Below, one piece after another: positions 1 through 7,850 of a stretch of DNA of 28,647 nucleotides. The DNA is taken from positions 1 to 28,647 of IMG/VR virus record IMGVR_UViG_3300032277_000060. The stretch is one strand, 5' to 3'. The stretch comes from a virus (Duplodnaviria; Caudoviricetes). Each line of letters begins with the position of its first letter. The stretch's first letter is position 1. A program made the translations under genes and the position numbers. The notes under the pieces were generated by a model. The model was not told the origin of the DNA, did no database searches, and worked only from the letters and a program-made list of their open reading frames with translations.

Positions 1-175
1 CCACTGTCAATTCTGCTTCACCTTTGTCAATACTTCCAGCACTAAGATTCACAAACAAACATGGAAATAAGTCTGCATTCATCTTCTTTACATCCATTTC
101 ATCAATTGGCCCGATTACAGTGCTGTGAATCTGTGTGTTTTTCGCTCCATACGTTTCAAATGCTTCCAGTAATTT
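1..175. repeat. Terminal direct repeat (copy 1), marking a circular assembly
   Basis: Matches 28473-28647 at 172/175 nt (differences 128 a/g, 140 t/c, 143 c/a). Confidence 0.97.
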
Positions 176-208
176 ATATACTGTGGTTTCACTTTGATTT
201 GCTTCCAT
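1..208 (-). CDS. 5' part of a 158-aa putative tail terminator/completion protein that wraps across the contig join and continues at 28472-28204
   Basis: ATG at 208, 1 nt after the upstream stop. MEANQSETTVYKLLEAFETYGAKNTQIHSTVIGPIDEMDVKKMNADLFP runs in frame into the 28204..28569 ORF. Function inferred from size and position. Confidence 0.75.
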   Translation of the reverse strand, partial: MEANQSETTVYKLLEAFETYGAKNTQIHSTVIGPIDEMDVKKMNADLFPCLFVNLSAGSIDKGEAELTV

Positions 209-209
209 A

Positions 210-913
210 TTACTTGATTATGTCTTTATTATTCTTAGATATAGATAAGTCTAATTCGTAACACAAGAAAGTAAATGCTTGTTCAATTTTAAGCTCTGTA
301 ACGGCTTCAATTTTTAATATGTCTCCACCAGCCAGATGATATATTGAAGCGAACCAACCCCATTTATTTGCCATTGATGAACCTACCTCTCCACCGCCTC
401 CAAAGATTGCACTGAATCTTTCATAAAGGTCAGACCTATATTCAAAAAAAAAGCGAGTAAAGAGAAAACTTTGTCCATTTTCAACTCATTGAATATCTTT
501 CTGTTTTCACTTCCAGTGTATGGTGCTATCTGATAGAAGTCTTTTGATTCGTGTGTGACCTTTCTGTATAGTATAGAGAGGATTTGAAGCAAGTTTGCAT
601 CAGAATCAACACAAGCTGTCTCAAGGTCTGCATACTCTCCCACAGTAAGCTCTGAGAGGTTTGGATGTATTCCGTATTTTTCTCCTTTCAATTCTATAAT
701 TGGAAAAAACTCAAATTCTGTCTGACTTGGATCTTCTAATTCCTCCAGTAAAGAGTTTACAGTTTCCATGCTTTCAATAGTCATACTCTTAACTGTTTTC
801 TGTGTTATGTCACAGAGTATTGCTACACGCTTAACCACATCATCTGTCTTGGATAGTTTAATCCATTTCTTAACTGTGATATCTGCAATTGATGTTGGTA
901 CTGTTATCTTCAT
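210..913 (-). CDS. Predicted -1 frameshift-extended tail assembly chaperone (gpGT-like, about 234 aa)
   Basis: Slippery GCT TTT TTT TTG (T9 run, 444-452). The -1 frame is open (FEYRSDLYERFSAIFGGGGEVGSSMANKWGWFASIYHLAGGDILKIEAVTELKIEQAFTFLCYELD...) to TAA at 210-212, filling the gap to the next gene. Confidence 0.7.
383..913 (-). CDS. Putative tail assembly chaperone (gpG-like), 176 aa
   Basis: ORF with an A-rich leader and a slippery site about 20 codons before its stop; first gene of the tail cluster. Confidence 0.65.
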   Translation of the reverse strand: MKITVPTSIADITVKKWIKLSKTDDVVKRVAILCDITQKTVKSMTIESMETVNSLLEELEDPSQTEFEFFPIIELKGEKYGIHPNLSELTVGEYADLETACVDSDANLLQILSILYRKVTHESKDFYQIAPYTGSENRKIFNELKMDKVFSLLAFFLNIGLTFMKDSVQSLEAVER

Positions 914-1046
914 TTTATGGTTTTTAAGGTGGTATTTACGGTTTTACGGTTTTTTTACGGAAATCGTACGGCTTTACGGTAAACGTGCGTAAAACGTGCG
1001 TGTTCACTTCTGGTTATGCTAATTGGTGAGTGTGTTCACTTACTCT
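914..1046. repeat. Intergenic cluster of short CG-containing direct repeats (candidate pac/terminus or protein-binding array)
   Basis: TTTACGG at 935, 943, 954, 973; TACGG at 967; variants TTTATGG at 914 and TTTAAGG at 923; AAACGTGCGT at 981 and 992; GTGTTCACTT at 1000 and 1032. Confidence 0.8.
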
Positions 1047-1050
1047 TGTT

Positions 1051-2208
1051 TTATGATATGTAATATTTGCCTGAGTAGTTTTCCATGAGCTTATTCAAGC
1101 AGACATATCTGAGTGCATCAATAGCATGATCCTTTTGATTTGCTTCTGGTTCATTGATTTGATTTCCATCTCTGTTTGTTTTCCACTTATATGACTGCAT
1201 CTCTTTTATTAAATTCTTGCTTTCTTTTGTGATGTTTATTCTATGTCGTTTCATCACATCAATTCCCAATCTGATGCTGTCTGGCCCTTTTTTCGCGCCC
1301 TTGATTAAAAATCCTTTACGTTCAAACTCTGTGATTGATTTCGGTTCAGCTGAATCTGCAATGATTTCTTCACGATTGATTCCAAGATCTCTCAGCTTTC
1401 TCATTAGGTCTTTATTTGTCAAGCCAGTTTCATACAGATGTTCCTCAACATATATATCCAAACCATCTTTGTACACAGATATGAGTGCGCTTGGATCGTT
1501 TGTGAAACCCCAGTCTAATCCAAATGAAATGAACTTTGCTCTGTCTGGCGTTCTATCTACTTGATTGAAGTGTGGAAAGATAGCAGAGATATTTAAGCCA
1601 CGTTCACCAAGACCAAATACCCTCCAGTAATTTGCATCTGTTAATTTTAGGTATTCAATCTCTTTTATTGTGTTTTCGTCTAAGAATGGATTATCAAGAT
1701 ATGTAGTCTGAAAGAAACTGCAATCATCTCTGGTCATTACCTTATCATATATCCAAGAAAAGACATCAGATGGATTAAAGTCCATTATCATGATTTCTGA
1801 AGTCCTCAAAATTATCTGTGTGAAATCTTCAAAGGTTAATTCATTGCACTCATTCAAAAATGCTATGTGTCTTTTGCGGCCTCTAATTCTTTGTGGTTCT
1901 TTGATTGAAACAAATTCAATGACATTTCCAAAAAGAATATATTGTGAAGATGATTTGTTATGATTCATAGGTGAATACCATCCTTCATTCTCTAATATCT
2001 CAAAGAAGTCTCTCATTACACTTGCCTTGAGAGCTGGCATTGTTTTTCTTATAATCGTAATTACCCAACCAGCATTCTTATTGTTTACACACCACTCAAT
2101 CAATGCCTGACATATAGAATACGTCTTGCCAGATCTCGTTCCACCTTGATGGACTTGGATACGAGTATCACAGTTCTTGCAGTCGTAATATGATTTACTC
2201 TGCTTCAT
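1051..2208 (-). CDS. terL: Terminase large subunit, PBSX/SPP1-like family
   Basis: Walker A QGGTRSGKT, Walker B IAFLNE, coupling motif FNP, nuclease motifs GLDWG and DHAIDALRY. Confidence 0.97.
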   Translation of the reverse strand: MKQSKSYYDCKNCDTRIQVHQGGTRSGKTYSICQALIEWCVNNKNAGWVITIIRKTMPALKASVMRDFFEILENEGWYSPMNHNKSSSQYILFGNVIEFVSIKEPQRIRGRKRHIAFLNECNELTFEDFTQIILRTSEIMIMDFNPSDVFSWIYDKVMTRDDCSFFQTTYLDNPFLDENTIKEIEYLKLTDANYWRVFGLGERGLNISAIFPHFNQVDRTPDRAKFISFGLDWGFTNDPSALISVYKDGLDIYVEEHLYETGLTNKDLMRKLRDLGINREEIIADSAEPKSITEFERKGFLIKGAKKGPDSIRLGIDVMKRHRINITKESKNLIKEMQSYKWKTNRDGNQINEPEANQKDHAIDALRYVCLNKLMENYSGKYYIS

Positions 2209-2542
2209 CCTCGCTTGTGATCCAGCTTGGCTTTTTGTTTGGTTCTGAGATAGTCATTTCTTGAGATTCTACATATCCACGTTTCTTTCCTTTTGTTTTA
2301 AGATAGAATATTGTGCTTGGAACGTTCTCTTGACTGATAAGAGAATGAAGTTTGCTCTCAGCAAAGTCTATTGCTATTTCAGCAATATCATCTGTTTGCT
2401 TCTTGAATACTGGATCATCTTTTAACCATTGATAGTATTGCGTTCTGGATACACTTGCAATCCTACATGCTTGTGTGACCACACCAAGTGATTTCTCAAG
2501 TGCTTCCATCATAGCTTTCTTTTTAATCTCAGTCTTATTCAT
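2195..2542 (-). CDS. terS: Terminase small subunit
   Basis: Overlaps the terL start; N-terminal HTH (VTQACRIASVSRTQYYQW) and IFYLKTKGKKRGY motif. Start moved to MNKTE (2542), which overlaps the end of the upstream gene. Confidence 0.85.
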   Translation of the reverse strand: MNKTEIKKKAMMEALEKSLGVVTQACRIASVSRTQYYQWLKDDPVFKKQTDDIAEIAIDFAESKLHSLISQENVPSTIFYLKTKGKKRGYVESQEMTISEPNKKPSWITSEDEAE

Positions 2543-2906
2543 TTTCACAGCTGTTTTCATATAGCTTTTCAATATCCTCAAAGAATTTCCTTACACAAGA
2601 TGTGCAGTTTGAAAATTTCTTTTTCTTATTTGTACTTCTTATCCAAATATCAATGGCCAGATGTTGCTGTGAAGCAGTCACTTTACCACCTTTTTTCCAA
2701 TTGATTAAATGCTTGTTATATAAATCACGATCCTCTGCACTCATATGTGCTCCAAATGGAAATAATTGATTCAATTTCGCTTTCCTCTCAGAGCATCCAC
2801 AATCCTCTCCAAAGATGGATTCCACAGCTGCTTTCAGTCCAGTGAATTTTGTTACTTTCTCAATCGTGTCTCCAAGTCCTTTGCTTGGCTTTTTCTTTGA
2901 TTTCAT
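2535..2906 (-). CDS. Cys-containing hypothetical protein (GLGDT...DCGC...CTSC)
   Basis: 123-aa ORF coupled to both neighbours; possible metal-binding cysteines. Confidence 0.75.
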   Translation of the reverse strand: MKSKKKPSKGLGDTIEKVTKFTGLKAAVESIFGEDCGCSERKAKLNQLFPFGAHMSAEDRDLYNKHLINWKKGGKVTASQQHLAIDIWIRSTNKKKKFSNCTSCVRKFFEDIEKLYENSCENE

Positions 2907-3390
2907 TTTTAGTACGTTTTAGAGCTTTGAAAAGAGTTGTTTTGCTTATACCAGTATCTTCAGACATAGTTTTGAAAGAATGGCCATGCTCATAATAGAT
3001 TTCTGTTACTGTCTTATCAAAATATGGCATATCTGAAAGAGTAGAGTTGATGAAGTCAATCTTTTCTTCATCTTTAATCTTCTTTTCAATATCAGAATCA
3101 AACCACAGCAGAATATCTTGCTTCGCTTCTCTGTGTCTCTCAGCTGGTTTTCTGTATGTGTAATGATATGGTGATGTGGTGGAGTTGTATTGGTTCATCA
3201 TCATCCTTGCCAACCAATATCTCAACTGCTTCTTCTTAATCAGTTCCTCAATCTTGCTCTGATCACTCTCTAAAATACTTAATATCACAATGTGACATAA
3301 TTCCTCACAATCAATCAAACTTTTTTTGGCAATAGTACATGCCATTTTTTTTATAGCATCGTAATTTTTGGATATGTAGCTTCTAACCAC
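2860..3390 (-). CDS. ECF/sigma-70-like RNA polymerase sigma factor (putative late-gene activator)
   Basis: Region-2-like DCEELCHIVILSIL...YWLARMMMN and region-4-like HTH SFKTMSEDTGISKTTLFKALKR; ECF-sized; upstream of the terminase genes. Confidence 0.7.
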   Translation of the reverse strand: MVRSYISKNYDAIKKMACTIAKKSLIDCEELCHIVILSILESDQSKIEELIKKKQLRYWLARMMMNQYNSTTSPYHYTYRKPAERHREAKQDILLWFDSDIEKKIKDEEKIDFINSTLSDMPYFDKTVTEIYYEHGHSFKTMSEDTGISKTTLFKALKRTKNEIKEKAKQRTWRHD

Positions 3391-3395
3391 AACCC

Positions 3396-3403
3396 CAAAT
3401 ATA
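3396..3403 (-). promoter_or_regulatory. Bacteroidota-type -7 promoter box TATATTTG
   Basis: Matches TAnnTTTG; lies in the only gap of this gene run, 5 nt before the GTG start. Confidence 0.6.
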
Positions 3404-3422
3404 AGAAAACAATATTTGTCTC

Positions 3423-3836
3423 CTAAATTTCTTGTAATATGGCTATTGCTCTCGCTTCAAATGAGGCCGCCATATCCCTTAACTCTTGCACTGAGTACTT
3501 GCGTATCTGATTAGACATGAAAACGACTGTATCAGCCTTCCCTGAGCCATACAGAGCATCTATCTTCTTGCCGAACTGATAAGAATGCCCTCCATTACTC
3601 ATATTGCATCCTTTACACTGAGCAGCTGCATTGATTAATCCGTTTTCTGGTTCATACAACCATCTTACTGATAACTTACTTCTGGTTTGAAAGTGACCAC
3701 AATCAACTTCATTCCACATCTTGCGCTTGTCACAAGTAATACAATTAATCATTCCATACTTATCTGCACATGATAACCTCACAAATCTGCTGAATGCCTT
3801 ATCACATGCATTTTTGGCTTTGCTTCTTTCAGTCAT
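3423..3836 (-). CDS. ninG: NinG/Rap-like recombination endonuclease
   Basis: FSRFVR, CITC, DCGHFQTR and QCKGCN motifs. Confidence 0.88.
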   Translation of the reverse strand: MTERSKAKNACDKAFSRFVRLSCADKYGMINCITCDKRKMWNEVDCGHFQTRSKLSVRWLYEPENGLINAAAQCKGCNMSNGGHSYQFGKKIDALYGSGKADTVVFMSNQIRKYSVQELRDMAASFEARAIAILQEI

Positions 3837-4303
3837 ATGAATACATCATCTGTGATATTAATTGAACAGTGCTCTCCAGACATTATTGCTTCAGATATGG
3901 CTTTGTAGATCCTAAAATAAGCAAATGTACTCTTGCCTATAAAACCAGATTCTTTTGTGTTGTTGTTCTCTTGTGTATCTCCAACCAATAAACATCCAGA
4001 AGTGTCTTCATTCGTGTTTCCACAGTGAATCAAAATATCTGTAAAATTTGGCACATCCAAGAGTTCAATCATACCATTGTGAATGTCTGCAAATCTATAT
4101 TGGTATTTGTCATGCAACCTTCCATGTGTTTTTAATCCAAGAGTGTATTCACCAGCTGGAATGCATGTCTCATGTTTTACTTTTACTTCTCTTGGTTCAT
4201 CTTCAAGAGTGTAGCACATAAATTCTGGATCTGATGTGATATCATACAATAGTCCATTTGTTGAATTTGTGCTGCTGTTTGTTCTTATTAGTTTAAGTTT
4301 CAT
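3833..4303 (-). CDS. DUF5675-like protein (possible L,D-transpeptidase-fold lysin)
   Basis: YTLED, TCIPAGEY, ILIHCGN and DTSGCLLVG motifs. Confidence 0.8.
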   Translation of the reverse strand: MKLKLIRTNSSTNSTNGLLYDITSDPEFMCYTLEDEPREVKVKHETCIPAGEYTLGLKTHGRLHDKYQYRFADIHNGMIELLDVPNFTDILIHCGNTNEDTSGCLLVGDTQENNNTKESGFIGKSTFAYFRIYKAISEAIMSGEHCSINITDDVFI

Positions 4304-4361
4304 TCTGTTGTGTTAATTTTCTTGTGTCAAAATATCAAATTCGTTTTCTTCTTCATCCATT

Positions 4362-5003
4362 TTATAAAATACTTAGTTGATTTGTATTGCTTTGTTTGAT
4401 AATTCCACACGCTGTTTCAAGTATTGTTCTGCCAGCTTCGTAGTCAACTAAGTTTCGAGCTATTTTTTGGTGATCTTGTTTTCCTTTATATTGTCTAAAG
4501 TTATAATCGTGAAATTTTCCTAAGGCGGTTACTTTATCTATTGTCCTTCCCATATCTGGACTTTTGCGAGAGCTTAAATTGTTAGGTAAATTAAAGTTTG
4601 TCCAATATAAATGGCGATGCCTTTTTTTTGCTGGTATTAATGGCTCGTAATAAGGAATTACATTCTCAACTACATATTTACCAGTATAAAATGCATTTAA
4701 AAATATTATTTCTTGATAAAGTTTCATATCTGGAAATTTCATTTTTCGAGTTGTTTTCATAGAAATTTGAATCCTACTATGTGTAGGGCAAGGAGGAGAG
4801 GACCAAATAAAGTCAAACTCTTTGTAGTGATCCAATAAATATTGGTGAGCATCCGCTACAATCACTTTGTCATTAGGGAATCGTTCTTGATATAGTCGCG
4901 CGAGCTCCTCATCCCACTCAACAGCTGTGACCTCAATATCTGTTACTTCGTCCCACTTATAGCGGTTGCCTCCTAAACAAGCATATAAATTTAATATCTT
5001 CAT
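4362..5003 (-). CDS. Short DNA (cytosine-5) methyltransferase
   Basis: Motif I LNLYACLGG, catalytic SPPC (IV), VENV (VI), R (VIII) and C-terminal RNLV (X). Confidence 0.88.
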   Translation of the reverse strand: MKILNLYACLGGNRYKWDEVTDIEVTAVEWDEELARLYQERFPNDKVIVADAHQYLLDHYKEFDFIWSSPPCPTHSRIQISMKTTRKMKFPDMKLYQEIIFLNAFYTGKYVVENVIPYYEPLIPAKKRHRHLYWTNFNLPNNLSSRKSPDMGRTIDKVTALGKFHDYNFRQYKGKQDHQKIARNLVDYEAGRTILETACGIIKQSNTNQLSIL

Positions 5004-5593
5004 TCTGGTGTATTTGGATGGTGAATATGTTTCCAGCGACCTCTGAAATCTGTATCTGATTTTAAATCAAGATCCTTCACTAATTGCTTCATGATGTTTT
5101 TCTGTTCTTCAGACAATGGTTCTGGTTCTATCTTTTTAGTCTCATGGTATTTATTCTCCATCATGATTGATCTTTCATCTGCATATTTTAGAAATGCCTC
5201 TCTCAGCTCTGGCAATTTTAGACGTTCAAACATATTGCCGAAATAACCAGCTTTGAATCTATCCATGACAATTTTCCATTCCTCTAATTTATACGCTGGA
5301 AATTCATTCAGTAAAACAGATACTGCATGTTGTATTTCTTCTTGCGTTCTGAGAGTTTTGTTCATCTCCAGATAATCAAGCATGTCTTTGGTGATGGCAT
5401 ATAAAGCTGCAAACGTTGTCACTTCATCACATTTCATTGCAGTCCGGACATTAGTGCCTTGATGCCATGCCTCAACCGGATTAAGAGTTGCGAGTTTGTT
5501 CAAGATGATCAAGCAGCTTTGATTTGTCGAATCCTTGAACAGCTGCATTCTGTTTTCTGTTGTTTTTAATTGCGAAGATTCCCTGATATCCAT
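5000..5593 (-). CDS. Hypothetical replication-associated protein (helicase-loader position)
   Basis: ORF overlapping the 3' end of the initiator gene; start could be 5548. Function inferred from position only. Confidence 0.6.
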   Translation of the reverse strand: MDIRESSQLKTTENRMQLFKDSTNQSCLIILNKLATLNPVEAWHQGTNVRTAMKCDEVTTFAALYAITKDMLDYLEMNKTLRTQEEIQHAVSVLLNEFPAYKLEEWKIVMDRFKAGYFGNMFERLKLPELREAFLKYADERSIMMENKYHETKKIEPEPLSEEQKNIMKQLVKDLDLKSDTDFRGRWKHIHHPNTPE

Positions 5594-6224
5594 TTGCTAT
5601 TGAGTTTTGAATCATTTTTATTGCTGTATTTACATCTCCACCGCTTTCATCTTGCAATTTCTTGAGAGCAGCTTGTTCTCCAATCTTTGTGTACTTTTTT
5701 ATTTTACGATTGGATCGGTCTTGTTTCCATAGTTTCCATATTTTTTTAAATTCCTCATTTTCGTATGGATATACTATATGTGTCTTTATCTGTTTACTAT
5801 CTGTATTAACTATCTGGTATTGGTGTGATGTTTTCTTAACATCGTTCTTCTGTTTTTTATACTTCGATGTCTTGATTTCTGCACTTGCATGTTCAGATTT
5901 CTGGAATTGGTAGAATTGCTGGACTTTTTCAGTAATTGTGTACCATTTTGTTCTATCCCATCTCGCACGATTATGAACAGCTGAAATGATAGCACCTTCT
6001 TTTTCAAGATTAGTTAAGATCCTTCTAATCTGGTTATCTTTCCAAAATGGAAATATTGCCCTGAGAGCTGATGCGCTGTTCCAAGTCCATGTGTGACCAT
6101 CAATCTCATTCTTTTGATTGAGCTTGTTTTTATACACCCAGAATGCAAGGTGGTGGAGCATGATTGCCCCATCTACACCATACATTTGAGCTGCTTCTGA
6201 ATTGAAGCAAAGGTCACGCTTCAC
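5481..6224 (-). CDS. Phage replication initiator / replisome organizer
   Basis: N-terminal winged HTH (YGVDGAIMLHHLAFW...DGHTWTWNS...DRTKWY), low-complexity linker, and a C-terminal DnaD-like helical domain (SIANGYQGIF). Confidence 0.8.
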   Translation of the reverse strand: MKRDLCFNSEAAQMYGVDGAIMLHHLAFWVYKNKLNQKNEIDGHTWTWNSASALRAIFPFWKDNQIRRILTNLEKEGAIISAVHNRARWDRTKWYTITEKVQQFYQFQKSEHASAEIKTSKYKKQKNDVKKTSHQYQIVNTDSKQIKTHIVYPYENEEFKKIWKLWKQDRSNRKIKKYTKIGEQAALKKLQDESGGDVNTAIKMIQNSIANGYQGIFAIKNNRKQNAAVQGFDKSKLLDHLEQTRNS

Positions 6225-6445
6225 TTTATGTTCTCATTATGATACAGAACCTCAGACATTAACTCTTGAGCTGTTGTATCACATTGTTTCAATATTGTTT
6301 GAGAGTGTTTCAATAATGGCATTGGATTCTTTTGCACCCAACTGTTTACTGTGTTCGTTGAAACTTTCAAAGCACTGGCCATTTTCGCTTGAGATCCATA
6401 CATCTTAACTATATAAGATTTGAATCCGTTTTTGTTGTGTTTCAT
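6221..6445 (-). CDS. Small Cro-like HTH protein
   Basis: YGSQAKMASALKVSTNTVNSW helix-turn-helix pattern. Confidence 0.75.
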   Translation of the reverse strand: MKHNKNGFKSYIVKMYGSQAKMASALKVSTNTVNSWVQKNPMPLLKHSQTILKQCDTTAQELMSEVLYHNENIK

Positions 6446-6846
6446 TAGTTTAAATTATCACGTTCTATTAATAAAATACGAGCTAAAATTCCAATCTGTT
6501 CCAAATATTCATCATACGTTTCTTCTTTGCATGATCCAACTATCTGAACAGCTGTCTGAATTGCCCAAGAATTTTCAATATTCTTCTGAGTAGTTTGTGG
6601 TTTTGGTGCTCCATTAAATGCTGTTGGATCATTCTTAGTCACTTTTAGAGTATCTCCAAAGTTTGATGATCTGGTGACCTCATAGAATACCATGTCACCA
6701 ATTTCATAAGGTGGTTCAGCTGTTTTAGCATTGCACTGTCCAGTTTGCTCATCTTCAAACTGTATCTCAAAGGCATACATTGTATCACCTCTCTTAGTTT
6801 GCCACGTTCCGTTTGCTTGTAAAGCAGTAATTTTTGAATTTTTCAT
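6445..6846 (-). CDS. Putative single-stranded DNA-binding (OB-fold-like) protein
   Basis: Beta-rich N-terminal ~70 aa with aromatic residues; lies in the replication module. Confidence 0.5.
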   Translation of the reverse strand: MKNSKITALQANGTWQTKRGDTMYAFEIQFEDEQTGQCNAKTAEPPYEIGDMVFYEVTRSSNFGDTLKVTKNDPTAFNGAPKPQTTQKNIENSWAIQTAVQIVGSCKEETYDEYLEQIGILARILLIERDNLN

Positions 6847-6876
6847 GTTATTTTCATGTTATTTTATGTTATTTTC
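6840..6876. repeat. Tandem 11-bp repeat TTTTCATGTTA (about 3.4 copies) covering a start codon
   Basis: Copies at 6840, 6851, 6862 (1-nt deletion) and a partial copy at 6872. Confidence 0.85.
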
Positions 6877-7329
6877 TTTGATTGTAAAACCAGATTTATC
6901 TTTTCTGGATTTGAAACTTATTTTTTGTGTTTTACTCTTAGATAAAACTGAACCACGTACATGTGTGAGATACCTTTCATTTTCTTGATATGATAATCTA
7001 TCAGAATAGAATTGTTTTGAATCATATCCACCACAAGCTATAAGCACAATTGCATGATATCGGCAAAATTCTCCATGTGGAAAGTCATGCCAGTATGTAA
7101 TGTCTGAAATATCATCAATATGCTCTCTATTGTGCTTGAAATGAATGAAAGATGGAGTGTATCCCCAACCAACATATTGTCCATTGACCAGAGCTGTGAT
7201 TGATTTGTTGTATTTGTGTGCCAATTCATATGCTGAGATCGTGTCAGTCGTTAAGACATTACCTCTTACATCTAAACTTTCTCCAGATAGTACAACTTCA
7301 CCGGTGAGTGGACTGATATGTGTGCTCAT
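6859..7329 (-). CDS. Hypothetical protein, 156 aa
   Basis: ORF with ATGA overlap with the upstream gene. Confidence 0.7.
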   Translation of the reverse strand: MSTHISPLTGEVVLSGESLDVRGNVLTTDTISAYELAHKYNKSITALVNGQYVGWGYTPSFIHFKHNREHIDDISDITYWHDFPHGEFCRYHAIVLIACGGYDSKQFYSDRLSYQENERYLTHVRGSVLSKSKTQKISFKSRKDKSGFTIKENNIK

Positions 7330-7568
7330 TTTAAAACGTATTGATTGAGCAGCTTCTTCAGCATCTCTGTTTTACACTCTATTTCAAACAAAGTAGATTC
7401 TATCTGAACCATTGGATTATCATATGGTGCTCCTTTGCGTTCTCTTTCATCACCAATTGCATTCAATCTGGCTTGGCATTCTAACCATTCAGCTTCATGT
7501 AAGACCATATAACCATCTTTTAAGCGACTTTTATCCACTTGCCTTGTATTGCTATCACTTTTGTTCAT
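7326..7568 (-). CDS. Hypothetical protein, 80 aa
   Basis: Coupled ORF in the early gene run. Confidence 0.7.
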   Translation of the reverse strand: MNKSDSNTRQVDKSRLKDGYMVLHEAEWLECQARLNAIGDERERKGAPYDNPMVQIESTLFEIECKTEMLKKLLNQYVLK

Positions 7569-7746
7569 TATGCTCTGTATTGCGCTTAGAATCGCTCTGA
7601 GCTGGTTCTACATGCCAATTGATAAGATACTGGATGAATTGTTGTGCGCTATTTTTTCTTGATTCTTCATATGCTCCATCTGTATTAATAGATTCAATGT
7701 AGTCCTGAAGATAAAGCGCAGCTGTTTCTGTGTTGATTTTTTTCAT
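7555..7746 (-). CDS. Hypothetical protein, 63 aa
   Basis: Coupled ORF in the early gene run. Confidence 0.7.
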   Translation of the reverse strand: MKKINTETAALYLQDYIESINTDGAYEESRKNSAQQFIQYLINWHVEPAQSDSKRNTEHNEQK

Positions 7747-7850
7747 GATTCCTCACTTATAAATTCGCAATGTTCTAAGCAATCTGGACATATGCCATAT
7801 TCAGTCATGAAGCATTCAGCTCCACAACAATCACTATATAGATTATTCAT
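7743..7850 (-). CDS. 35-aa Cys-rich zinc-finger-like microprotein (absent from the ORF track)
   Basis: MNNLYSDCCGAECFMTEYGICPDCLEHCEFISEES; overlaps both neighbours, with ATGA coupling downstream. Confidence 0.8.
   Translation of the reverse strand: MNNLYSDCCGAECFMTEYGICPDCLEHCEFISEES

Noticed and set aside
1-175. Biological direct terminal repeats of the virion DNA
   Set aside because: The repeat lies mid-gene and the copies differ at synonymous sites; assembly overlap is the simpler explanation.
914-1050. CRISPR or mini-CRISPR array
   Set aside because: Repeats are 7-10 nt with no regular spacers, and there are no cas genes.
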